A DNA stretch of 64,000 bases from an uncultured delta proteobacterium (GTDB taxonomy: Bacteria; Myxococcota_A; Polyangia; Polyangiales; Polyangiaceae). Shown here piece after piece: positions 34,265 to 43,483 of the stretch. Numbering within the stretch: position 1 is the stretch's first letter; each line of letters opens with the position of its first letter. Position numbers and translations under genes: made by a program. The notes below the pieces were generated by a model. The model saw only the letters and a program-made list of their open reading frames with translations. It ran no database searches and was not told the origin of the DNA. Location: assembly GCA_963806225.1 (NCBI GenBank), contig CAWDXG010000001.1, positions 1,600,001-1,664,000 of the forward strand. The letters run 5' to 3'.

Positions 34265-35521
34265 CTACTTCTTGACCTTGCGGATGACCCCGTTGCTCGT
34301 CGAATACACGATCTCGTTCGGGCCCACCGCGATGTCGTCCACTCCGTTGTCCTGGGGCGCGATCTGCACAACGTCGTAGCCCCCGATGGGCGTGGTGAAG
34401 ATCCCCCCGCCGTCGAAGTTGTTCGATGCGTCCCCCGCGGCGGCCCAGACGACAGTGCTGTCGTAGACCGCGATGCGACCGATCTGCGTGTAGCCCCACG
34501 CGATGAACTGCTCGGCAGCGTTGCTGCCGTCGCAGGCCTTGCCCGACAGCGGGTTCTGCCACACCTCGCCGTTGCTCCGCGTGTAGTAGATGTTGCTCGA
34601 GTCCGACGTGATGTCCACGGCGTCGGTGATCTGCTTTGCGAGCGCTGGGCTGGCTTTCGAGCCGCCCGCGGTCGGCAGGACCCACACACCACCGTTGTTG
34701 ATGAAGTAGACGCAGCCGTGGCTCATCGTGATTGGCCCGCCGGTCTGGTTGTTGGCGTCGGCCACCGTCAGCACCTGGGCCTGGCTGACGCCGCCGGCCA
34801 GCGAGAACCTGAGCACCAGCGGCGCGCCGGAAACGGGGGCGCGCGTGCTGACGTAGGCGTAGGTGTCGTTGCCCGCGACGATGCCGACCGTCCGTCCGAA
34901 TCCGGTGCTGGTCGTGATCGGCTGCTCGGGGTTCGCTGAACCGCCGGGGTCCTTCAGGAAGCGCCCGAGCACGCCGTTGTCGGTCTGGGTTGCGCCCGCG
35001 TAGTAGATGTACAGAGAGCTACTCGGGGCGACCATCGCCTGGGGCGCGCTCAGGTTGGCGCTGGTCACGATTGTGGCCTGGCCGCCGGCAAGCGGAATAC
35101 TCGATAGCGTTGCCTTGGCGTAGGTGGACGAGTAGTCCGTGACGAACACCGTCGTGTTGTCGACGGCCACGATGCGGCGGCCGGTGCCGCCCGCCAGGTT
35201 CGTTACGGGGTGCTGGGACTTGTCGTAGGCCGTGAACCCGGCTTCGGGGCGCGCGTCCACGATGGCGTCCGCGGCACCGTCGGTCGCCGCGTCACCGCTG
35301 ACGCCGCCCCCGCCGTCGACCTGGCCGCCGCTTCCGCCGGTCGAGGCGTCTGTTCCCGCACTGCCGCCGCTGCCGGCGGAGGCGTCGGGATTTCCGTGAT
35401 TCTGTCCGATGCGGGATTCGTCCAGGGTTCTGAGGCAGCCCGGAGCGACCAGCAGAACGGGACCCAGAAAGCCAATCAAGAAGCCAAGCAGGGGCCGGGA
35501 GCGCAACATATCGAGAGCCAT
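34265..35521 (-). CDS. Lipoprotein with Gly-rich linker and beta-propeller-like repeats
   Basis: Lipobox-like VAPGC; GGSGG linker; repeated IAVD..VF/IYY/VVW blades. Start could be 35509. Confidence 0.75.
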   Translation of the reverse strand: MALDMLRSRPLLGFLIGFLGPVLLVAPGCLRTLDESRIGQNHGNPDASAGSGGSAGTDASTGGSGGQVDGGGGVSGDAATDGAADAIVDARPEAGFTAYDKSQHPVTNLAGGTGRRIVAVDNTTVFVTDYSSTYAKATLSSIPLAGGQATIVTSANLSAPQAMVAPSSSLYIYYAGATQTDNGVLGRFLKDPGGSANPEQPITTSTGFGRTVGIVAGNDTYAYVSTRAPVSGAPLVLRFSLAGGVSQAQVLTVADANNQTGGPITMSHGCVYFINNGGVWVLPTAGGSKASPALAKQITDAVDITSDSSNIYYTRSNGEVWQNPLSGKACDGSNAAEQFIAWGYTQIGRIAVYDSTVVWAAAGDASNNFDGGGIFTTPIGGYDVVQIAPQDNGVDDIAVGPNEIVYSTSNGVIRKVKK

Positions 35522-35549
35522 GATAGCATCACGGAAGGACTGCTGAGCC

Positions 35550-36567
35550 ATGTGGCCTCTTCGTACACGTTCCAGCGCTGCCTTTGTCGCCTCGCTCCTG
35601 CTCCTGGGGGCAGGGCCGGCCTGGGCGGGCAATGGCGCGGCCCGCAAGGGGAGCAAGGCGCACAGCTCCGCTGGTGCTTCCAGCGGTGACGCCGCTGCCG
35701 ATGCCCGCCGTTTCTTCGAAGCCGCCCAGAAGGCTTTCGACGCCGGGCGCTACGTCGATGCGGCGAGAGCTTTCGAGGACGCCTTCCACCTCAAGCCTCA
35801 TCCGGCACCGCTGATCAACGCGGGGGACGCCTGGGAAAAGGCAGGTGAGTATGCGAAGGCCGCCCAGGATTTCCAGCAGGTGCTCGGGCTCAAGCAATCC
35901 ACCGATCAGGATTCGAGCCGACGCCATCGACAGGCTGGCACGCCTCAAGCCCCAGCTCGGGACCATCGAGCTTCTGGGCAAGGCCGGGCAGCGCGTCCGC
36001 GTCGACGACAACGAATTCAAGGGTGGCGACAAGGTCTACGTGTTCCCCGGCAAGCACAAGGTGACCCTTCTCGATGTGGACGGCGCCAGGCTCCGCACGC
36101 TCGACGTGGCTGCCGGTACGGTCCGCAGCGTCGAGCTTTCCACGCTGATGCCCACCGAGGAGGAGATCCAGCAGCAGCACGCAAGCCACGCCGGTGGCGG
36201 CGCTCACGGCGGCGGCGGTGGTATCCGCCCCCTGACGTGGGTCGCGTACGGCGTGGGCGTCGTGGGGCTGGCGGGCACGGCAGTGTTCGGCTTGCAGGCC
36301 AACAGCGCCGCCAACTCTTTCGACCAGAACCCGAACCGTGACGACTACAATCGCTTCAACCAGGACAAGCTCCTGACGAACATCAGCCTAGGGGTCGGTG
36401 TCGTCGGGGTCGGAGTCGGCACCGTGCTGCTCCTGTCTGATCTGAAACGATCCAGAACGGCGCCCCAGAGCGACACTTCCCGCACCCGGCATGGGGGAAG
36501 CGTCGCGGTCGACGTCGCCCCGCTTCCCCGGGGTGGTGGTATGGTTACGGCGAGGGGTCGGTTCTGA
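35550..36567 (+). CDS. Exported TPR + PEGA-like protein with C-terminal hydrophobic segments; +1 frameshift near 35912
   Basis: Signal peptide; ARRFFEAAQKAFDAGRY TPR; the next frame continues RADAIDRL...; ends VTARGRF. Confidence 0.8.
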
Positions 36568-36629
36568 ATCGCGTCGGGTCTGGGCCTGCATCGGGCGAAG
36601 GCGCAGGGACCGCTGGCCCTGGGTGCGCC

Positions 36630-38099
36630 ATGTCAAGAGCCGCGTTCGAAGCCGCGCCCTATTCCCAGGCGGTCGTCGACAGCGACGGGCGGATTCTGCT
36701 GGCCAGCCGCACCTTCCGCGAGTGGTTCGGCGAGGACTGCGTCGGGCGTGTGGTCGAGGAAGCCGTCGGTGCCGCCAGCGCAGGTCTGGCGTCGAAGCTG
36801 CGCGCGCTTTGTTCGGAGCGGCACAGCTTCCATGTGCAGGACATGCTGCTCAGGGTGGAGGGGCGCGAGCTCAGGGTTGAAGCCAGCGGGCAGGCGCTGG
36901 GCGAGGGCGGCGAGAGCCTGCTGGTACTGCTCGACCTGACCCAGCGCGTGTCCGAGTCGACGGCGCTTGCACAGCGCGAACGCAGCGAGTCGATCGCACG
37001 TTTTGCCGGAGGGCTTGCGCACGATCTGAACAACATGCTGGCCGCGATCGTGGCGACGGCGCAGGCCGGGCGGGCCGACGTGCGCGAACGCGTGGGCGAT
37101 GCGGCCCAGGACTTCTCGGCAATCATCGACGAGGCCGAGCGCGGAGCGTCGCTGGCGCGCTCGCTGCACGCGATCGCGTTCGACGACACGGGCAGCTGGC
37201 GCCCGGTCGACCTGCGAGCGGAGCTGCGCGCCGTGGCCGCCGTGCTCGGCCGCGGCAGTGCGTCGGTGCCGATCGTGCTCGATGTCGACGAGACGACTCC
37301 CGACGTCGTGGGCGATCGCGCTCGCCTCCACCAGCTCGTGCTGAACCTCCTGGTCAACGCCCGGGACGCTGTCCGACCTGTCGGCGGCGGCATCGAGGTT
37401 TCGGTGGGGTCATCGAATTCCGGTGGCGTGCGTCTGGTCGTCGCGGACTCCGGGCCCGGGATCCCCGCCGAGCTTCGGGAGCGGGTGTTCGAACCGTACT
37501 TCACCACCAAGGGCAAACGTCTGGACAGCGGACAGGGCTGGGGCATCGGGCTCGGCCTGACCATCGTCGAGGCCGTCGCACGCTCGACCGACGCGTCGCT
37601 GGGATTCGATGATCGACCGGGTGGGGGTACGGTTTTCATAGTGGAGTGGCCGCCCACCGCGGTCGTGACGGCGAGCGCCGTGGAAGTCCTGAAGCCGAAG
37701 CCGGCTGCCTCGCCCGCGCAGGTGCTGATGGCCGACGATGAAGCCGCGCTCGTCGGCGCCGTGGCCCGGCAGCTCCGCCGTACCGGGCACTTCGTCTACG
37801 TGGCGATGAGCGCGACCGAATGCCAGCGGCTGTTCGACGAGTACCAGTCATCGCTCGATGTGGTCGTGATCGACGTGATGCTAGGGCACGGGGACGGTCG
37901 ACGCCTCGCGGAGCAGTTCAGGATTGCCCGACCGGATCTCGGCATCGTGCTGATCTCGGCCACGGCGGGGTCGTCGAGTGCCGGGAGTGCGGTTCCCGAT
38001 CGGATCCTCGCCAAGCCGTTCGATGTCGCCGAGCTGGTCGAGGCGATCGAACGGGCGCGGGAGGCGGGGCGGACGCGCAGCGAGGTGTCGTCGTCCTGA
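36630..38099 (+). CDS. Hybrid sensor histidine kinase (PAS-like, HisKA, HATPase, receiver)
   Basis: AHDLNN H-box, NLLVNARDA, DSGPGI, FEPYFTTK, GIGLGL; receiver MADDE...IDVML...KPF. Confidence 0.92.
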   Translation: MSRAAFEAAPYSQAVVDSDGRILLASRTFREWFGEDCVGRVVEEAVGAASAGLASKLRALCSERHSFHVQDMLLRVEGRELRVEASGQALGEGGESLLVLLDLTQRVSESTALAQRERSESIARFAGGLAHDLNNMLAAIVATAQAGRADVRERVGDAAQDFSAIIDEAERGASLARSLHAIAFDDTGSWRPVDLRAELRAVAAVLGRGSASVPIVLDVDETTPDVVGDRARLHQLVLNLLVNARDAVRPVGGGIEVSVGSSNSGGVRLVVADSGPGIPAELRERVFEPYFTTKGKRLDSGQGWGIGLGLTIVEAVARSTDASLGFDDRPGGGTVFIVEWPPTAVVTASAVEVLKPKPAASPAQVLMADDEAALVGAVARQLRRTGHFVYVAMSATECQRLFDEYQSSLDVVVIDVMLGHGDGRRLAEQFRIARPDLGIVLISATAGSSSAGSAVPDRILAKPFDVAELVEAIERAREAGRTRSEVSSS

Positions 38100-38191
38100 T
38101 GTCGCTCGAATCACCCGTCCCCAAGCGAGCCCGGGCGTCGGCGCCCTCCGGGTCTTGGCAGAAAGGCTGCACGCGGTAGAATGAGGGCGAA

Positions 38192-39514
38192 ATGGCGGAA
38201 GTGACCGAGACGCGCCGCTGGCCGGAGCGATCCGCTTCTGCGCGTCCGGTCATCGGCGTCGTGCCGGTGTTCACGGAGGCCGGTCAGCATCGGCTGGCGG
38301 GCCCGCAGCCCGTCACCTCGGTGCTGCGCGTGGGCCGCCAGGAGGGGCTCGCCCTCCGCCTCGACGATTCGCAGGTGTCCCGCGAGCATGCCGACTTCTA
38401 CCCGGCCGAGAACGGGATCGGGGTCGCCGACCTGGGAAGCCGCAACGGCACGTTCGTGGACGGACAGCGGGTGGGCGAGGAGCAGACCTTCGCTCCGGTG
38501 GGAGCTTGCGTGCGCTGCGGCAAGACGCTGCTCACGGTGGTGGAGGACGTCGAGCTGTTCGAGCGGGAGCCGCCGTGCTCGGAGCCGCCGCTGGTGGGCA
38601 GCGCGCGCATGGCGGACGTCCGTCGGCTGCTGGCGACCGTCGCGCCCTTTTCCCACACGGTGCTCCTGCTGGGCGAAACCGGCACCGGGAAGGAGCGCGT
38701 CGCCGAGGCGCTACACGCATCCAGCGGGCGCAGCGGCGCCTACATTCCGGTCAATTGCAGCGCGATTCCGCACAATCTCGTGGAGTCCGAGCTGTTCGGG
38801 CACACGCGTGGGGCTTTCTCGGGTTCAGAGGGCGCGCGTGCGGGACTGTTCCGCGAGGCGGAAGGCGGCACCCTGTTTCTGGACGAGATCGCCGATCTGC
38901 CGCTGCCCGCACAGGCGAAGCTGCTGCGCGCACTGGAGAGCGGCGAGGTGCGCGCAGTCGGCGAGGACCGTCCGCGGATCGTCGACGTGCGCGTGATCAC
39001 GGCCACCAACGCAAACCTGGACGAGATGGCGCAGGCGGGCAGCTTCCGCGTCGATCTGCTGCATCGCATCTCGACCTGGCAGATCGTGCTGCCCAGGCTT
39101 CAGGACCGGAAGGAAGACATCCCGCTCCTCGCCGCGCATTTCCTGGGTTCGGACGCGCGGGAGTTCTCGGTGGAGGTCATGGAGCGGCTGGTCATGTGGA
39201 CCTGGCCAGGCAACGTTCGGGAGCTGCGCAGTGCCGTGATGACGGCCTCCGCGCGGGCCGCGTTCGAAGCCGAGTCGCAGATCCTCGTCTCGCATCTTCC
39301 GCCGGGGATCGCGAGCGGCACGCCAGCGAGGCCGTCCGCCGTACCCGAGGTGTCGAACGAGGACGCGACGTTCCGCGCGCGCGTCGAGACGGCGCTCGAG
39401 CTCCGCAACGGCAACGTCGCCCAGGTGGCCCGGGATCTGGGCTGCGGTCGGCCGTGGCTGTACCAGGAGCTGAAGCGGCTCGACATCGACGTGAACGCCT
39501 ACCGCAAGCGGTAG
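38192..39514 (+). CDS. FHA-domain sigma54-dependent enhancer-binding protein
   Basis: FHA motifs VGR, SREHA and DLGSRNGT; Walker A GETGTGKE; ESELFGH and GAFSG; WPGNVREL; Fis-type HTH. Confidence 0.93.
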   Translation: MAEVTETRRWPERSASARPVIGVVPVFTEAGQHRLAGPQPVTSVLRVGRQEGLALRLDDSQVSREHADFYPAENGIGVADLGSRNGTFVDGQRVGEEQTFAPVGACVRCGKTLLTVVEDVELFEREPPCSEPPLVGSARMADVRRLLATVAPFSHTVLLLGETGTGKERVAEALHASSGRSGAYIPVNCSAIPHNLVESELFGHTRGAFSGSEGARAGLFREAEGGTLFLDEIADLPLPAQAKLLRALESGEVRAVGEDRPRIVDVRVITATNANLDEMAQAGSFRVDLLHRISTWQIVLPRLQDRKEDIPLLAAHFLGSDAREFSVEVMERLVMWTWPGNVRELRSAVMTASARAAFEAESQILVSHLPPGIASGTPARPSAVPEVSNEDATFRARVETALELRNGNVAQVARDLGCGRPWLYQELKRLDIDVNAYRKR

Positions 39515-39530
39515 ATTCGCCGCGGTCATG

Positions 39531-39554
39531 GTGTCAGCGCACGTGTCCTGACAC
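39531..39554. promoter_or_regulatory. Putative upstream activator sequence 1
   Basis: GTGTCAG-N10-CTGACAC palindrome containing CACGTGTCCTGACAC (39540-39554); motif start is 122 bp before the sigma54 GG. Confidence 0.7.
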
Positions 39555-39660
39555 TCGTGGTGCCACGAAACAGCAGGAATCCTGCTGCGATCGCGACTGG
39601 CGGTGTCAGTGGAGGGGGCCCGTGCGGCTATGCGTGCGGCGATTTCCAGCGAAAACGCAA

Positions 39661-39676
39661 TGGAACGCGGCGTGCA
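39661..39676 (+). promoter_or_regulatory. Sigma54 -24/-12 promoter
   Basis: TGGAACGCGGCGTGCA: GG-N10-GC with correct spacing. Confidence 0.7.
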
Positions 39677-39702
39677 GTGCGGTCCCGTCGGAGGTTTCTG
39701 TC

Positions 39703-41458
39703 ATGGTTCCGTCTGGACAAGATCGCACGATTTCGTTGCCCGTACCCGCCGCCGCGACGCGGCGCATGCCTGGGTTTTTGACCTGGATGGTGTGTGCGCT
39801 TGTCGGGATGCTGCTGCCGGCCTGCGCGGTGCAGTCGCTGGGCGACAGCGCGGAGCAGTCGTCCGCGCTCCCGCCGCAAGGCGCCGTGTCCACCGGAAGC
39901 AGCGAGCCGGTCGCCACCACACAAGAGGCCCTCTCCTCCATCAGCTGCAAGATGCACGGCGCTACCGGCTACAAGTCGGGAACGCCGTTCAAGATCAAGG
40001 TCGTCACGGTGGATGGCAAGTCGGTCGAGTGGGCGACCGCCAACGCGTACCTCTCGATGGCGAAGGCCGCCGCCAAGGCCGGCGTGCAGCTCCGCATTGT
40101 CAGCGGCTTCCGGACCATGGCGGAGCAGCAGCACCTCTACTACTGCTACACGTCATGCAGCTGCAACGGCTGCAACCTGGCGGCGGTTCCGGGGACGAGC
40201 AACCACCAGAGCGGGCACGCACTGGATCTGAACACCAGCACGCCCGGCGTCTACAGCTGGCTCGACAAGCACGCGGCCCACTTCGGCTTCAAGCGCACGG
40301 TGCCGGGCGAGTCCTGGCACTGGGAGTGGTGGGGCAAGGACCGCGGCATCGGACCGTGCAACGGCCACACGCTCGAGGCGAAGCTGGCCCGGCGCTGGAG
40401 CAACGCGCGGCGCTACCACGGCAAGGCGGCGAACTACCTGGCCTGCACAGGCGACAAGGTCCGGTTCACCTTCACGTTCAAGAACGTGGGGTCGGCGACG
40501 TGGCGCGATGTCAAGAAGCGCGGGCACGGCGTGGGTAGCGACGTGTTCCTGGTCACCGCGAACGGCAGGAAGGACCCGCTCACGCACCACAAGCGCTACA
40601 GCATCCGCTGGAACAAGAACCGGCACGTGCGCGGCGGTCACAAGGCGCCGAACTGCAGCACGAAGAACGGCTGCCGCAAGACGACCTTCATCCGCCGCGG
40701 CATGCTGGGCAGGGCACCGAAGAAGCCGGGCATCTACCGCTCACGCTGGCGCCTGCGCGACTACAGCAAGGTGTGGGGCAAGCACTCCAAGGGGTTCGGG
40801 CCGAAGGCACAGATCAAGCTCAAGGTCATCAAGTGCGACCAGCCTTCCGGGGAATGCGGTTGCCGGGTGTGGTGCAGCGATGGCAAGAGCCACAAGCTGT
40901 CGTCGAGCATCCAGAGCGATGCACAGTGCAAGACGGCGGCGGCCAACTACTGCCGTCCCGGTCAGGGCCAGGGCTCGCTCTACCTGTACAGCTACCGGGC
41001 CTGTCAGGTCGCGGGCAACACGCCTCAGGGCGGAGCCGGGGGAACGACCAGCACGGCTTCGGACAGCAGTGCAAGCGCCAGCGCGTCGTCGAACGGCGGC
41101 GCGGGCGGTGCGGACGCCACCGGCGGCGGCGGCTCCGCGGGCGCGGAGCAGGCGTCCTACGACCCTGGCGACGAGAACGACCCGAACAGCATCGGCCCGA
41201 CGGACGACGGCAGCCCGGCCGAGGCAGTGGGCACCGAGCTGCCCGACAATCCCGACTTCGTGGACGACGGGTACCCCGGATACGACCCGATCACCGACGC
41301 GGCCGGCGGCAAGGGCTGCAGCGTGGCGGGTGCGGCGGGCAGCCCGGCGAGCCCCGGACCTCTACCGTTCATGCTCGCGGGCTTGGCCGGCCTGCTGGTG
41401 ATCCGCCGTCGGCGGGCGCCGCGTCCGCGCCGTCGCAGTATGCGGCGAGTCGCACTGA
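39703..41458 (+). CDS. Paralog 1: lipoprotein with M15 (VanY-like) peptidase, NBR1/FW-like Ig domain, Cys-rich domain and MYXO-CTERM
   Basis: Lipobox LLPAC; SGFRTMAEQ, PGTSNHQSGHALD and ESWHWE; shared chassis; GCSVAG..TM..RRRR. As sequenced it reads in-frame into paralog 2; the end is inferred at the +1-frame TGA 41456-41458. Start could be 39766. Confidence 0.8.
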
Positions 41459-43227
41459 CAGGCCTCCTGCCGCTCCTCGTGTTGCTCTTCGTCGGCTGCG
41501 GCGACGAGCGGGGAGAGCCGGCGCACGCCGGTTATGACCTCGGTTCGACCAGCGAAGCACTGAGCAAGAAGTGCGGCAAGGGCAAGTACAGCAGTGTGCA
41601 GGGCATGGACGTTTCCGAGTTCCAGCAGACCGTGAACTGGAAGGCCATGCGCCACAGCGGCATCGACTTCGCTTTCGCCCGCGTGAGCTACGGCACCGGC
41701 CACATCGATCCGTACTTCAAGTCGAACTGGAAGCGCATGAAGGCCGCGGGCGTCCTGCGCGGCGTCTACCAGTACTTCCTGCCGTCCCAGAGTGCGAGCG
41801 CGCAGGCCAAGCTCGTGGTGAAGTACGTGGGCAAGCTCGGTCGCGGGGACCTGCCCGCCATGATCGACGTGGAGACCAGCGACGGCCAATCGGCCTCGAC
41901 CGTCGCCTCGAAGGTCAAGACCTGGCTCCAGATCGTCGAGAAAGGGACCGGCAAGCGCCCGATCATCTACACCGGTGCCTACTTCTGGGAGGGGAGCGTC
42001 CGGAGCAAGAGCTTCTCGAAGTACCCGCTGTGGATCGCCGCGTACGGGCCGAGCTGTCCTTCGGTGCCGAACGGCTGGGGGAATTGGAAGATCTGGCAGT
42101 ACTGCGACGGTCAGAAGCAGTACTGTTCGAACGGGCATGGCTTCGACCGCGATGTGTTCAATGGCTCGAAGGCCGACCTCTTGAAGCTGGCGGACGGCAA
42201 CAAGACGATCAAGGCCAAGGCCATCCGGAAGTGGAGCAATGCGCGGCGCTACCACGGCAAGGCCGCCGACTACCTGGCCTGCACCGGCGACAAGGTGAGG
42301 ATGAGCTTCACGTTCAAGAACGTCGGGACGGCAACGTGGCGCGACGTGACCGGACGCGGAAAGAACGTCGGCAGTGACGTGTTCCTGGTCACGGCCAGCG
42401 GCAAGAAGGACCGCGTCACCGGCCACAAGCGCTACAGCATCCGCTGGAACAAGAACCACCACGTGCGCGGAGACAAGAAGGCGCCCAACTGCAGCAAGAA
42501 GAACGGCTGCCGCAAGACGACGTTCATCAGCGGCGGCATCGTGGGCCACGCGCCGAAGAAGCCTGGCATCTACCGTTCGCGCTGGCGCCTGCGCGACTAC
42601 AGCAAGGCCTGGGGCAAGCACTCCAAGGGCTTCGGCCCGAAGGTGCAGATCAAGCTCAAGGTCATCAAGTGCGAGCAGCAGGACTGCGGCTGCCAGGCGT
42701 GGTGCAGCGACGGCAAGGCGCACCAGCTGTCGTCGAGCATCCAGAGCGACGCGGCGTGCAAGCAGGCCGCGGCCAACTACTGCCGTCCGGGCAACGGCGG
42801 GGGCGCGCTGTACCTGTACAGCTACAAGGTCTGCCAGGCCGGCGTCGGCGGAGCGACCAGCACCGCATCCGACCCGAACGGCGGCGCCTCCGCGGACACC
42901 TCGAGCGGCGGCGCGGGCGGAGCGGCAGGTGCCGGCGGCGCGGCGGGGGACCCGGGCAGCGGCGGCGCGTCCGACGACGTGGGCGGTGCGGACGACCCGA
43001 ACACCATCCCGATCGTGGACAACGGCGACGACTCGCAGGTCGAGGACGATCCGGGCTTCAGCGACGATGGCTTCAACGGCGACGCGGACTCGACGGGGAG
43101 CGTGCCGCCCCAGGGTTGTTCCGTTGCTGGTCCGGGACGACGCGGCGGCACGCCGGCGGCGGCGGCCTTGCTGCTGCTCGCGGCGCTGGTCGAGGTCCGG
43201 AAGCGGAGCCGGCGTCGCAGGGCTTGA
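41440..43227 (+). CDS. Paralog 2: lipoprotein with GH25 muramidase, NBR1/FW-like Ig domain, Cys-rich domain and MYXO-CTERM
   Basis: Own signal peptide MRRVALTGLLPLLVLLFVGC; GMDVSEFQ, MIDVE, PIIYTG, LWIAAY, IWQY and DRDVF (GH25); shared chassis; GCSV..TM..RRRRA. Confidence 0.85.
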   Translation: MRRVALTGLLPLLVLLFVGCGDERGEPAHAGYDLGSTSEALSKKCGKGKYSSVQGMDVSEFQQTVNWKAMRHSGIDFAFARVSYGTGHIDPYFKSNWKRMKAAGVLRGVYQYFLPSQSASAQAKLVVKYVGKLGRGDLPAMIDVETSDGQSASTVASKVKTWLQIVEKGTGKRPIIYTGAYFWEGSVRSKSFSKYPLWIAAYGPSCPSVPNGWGNWKIWQYCDGQKQYCSNGHGFDRDVFNGSKADLLKLADGNKTIKAKAIRKWSNARRYHGKAADYLACTGDKVRMSFTFKNVGTATWRDVTGRGKNVGSDVFLVTASGKKDRVTGHKRYSIRWNKNHHVRGDKKAPNCSKKNGCRKTTFISGGIVGHAPKKPGIYRSRWRLRDYSKAWGKHSKGFGPKVQIKLKVIKCEQQDCGCQAWCSDGKAHQLSSSIQSDAACKQAAANYCRPGNGGGALYLYSYKVCQAGVGGATSTASDPNGGASADTSSGGAGGAAGAGGAAGDPGSGGASDDVGGADDPNTIPIVDNGDDSQVEDDPGFSDDGFNGDADSTGSVPPQGCSVAGPGRRGGTPAAAALLLLAALVEVRKRSRRRRA

Positions 43228-43322
43228 GCGCGTCGTCCAGCGTGCCGCGCCGTCGCCGCCCGTCGGGGGAAGGCGACGGCGCGGCGCTTTGTGGCCGGAG
43301 GCGCGTTTCGAGCGGTGTTCTC

Positions 43323-43337
43323 GACATGTTCTGACAC
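43323..43337. promoter_or_regulatory. Putative upstream activator sequence 2
   Basis: GACATGTTCTGACAC; 122 bp before the sigma54 GG at 43445. Confidence 0.7.
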
Positions 43338-43443
43338 CGGGCGGGGTGAAAACCGCTGGAAGAGCCCTGAAATCGCGCTGCGCACTGTAGGCGAGGTCCC
43401 CGGCGGTCCGGGCAAAATCACGTAGTTTCAACTGCTTACAGAG

Positions 43444-43459
43444 CGGAACGGGTCCTGCA
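43444..43459 (+). promoter_or_regulatory. Sigma54 -24/-12 promoter
   Basis: CGGAACGGGTCCTGCA: GG-N10-GC, followed by a GGAGG RBS before ATG 43484. Confidence 0.7.
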
Positions 43460-43483
43460 AAGAAGCTGCCCGGAGGTCAAGAC

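Noticed and set aside
38506..39702. N-terminal 400 aa of the 1573-aa ORF
   Set aside because: It is an off-frame shadow of the FHA activator plus the promoter region; the real start lies after the sigma54 promoter.
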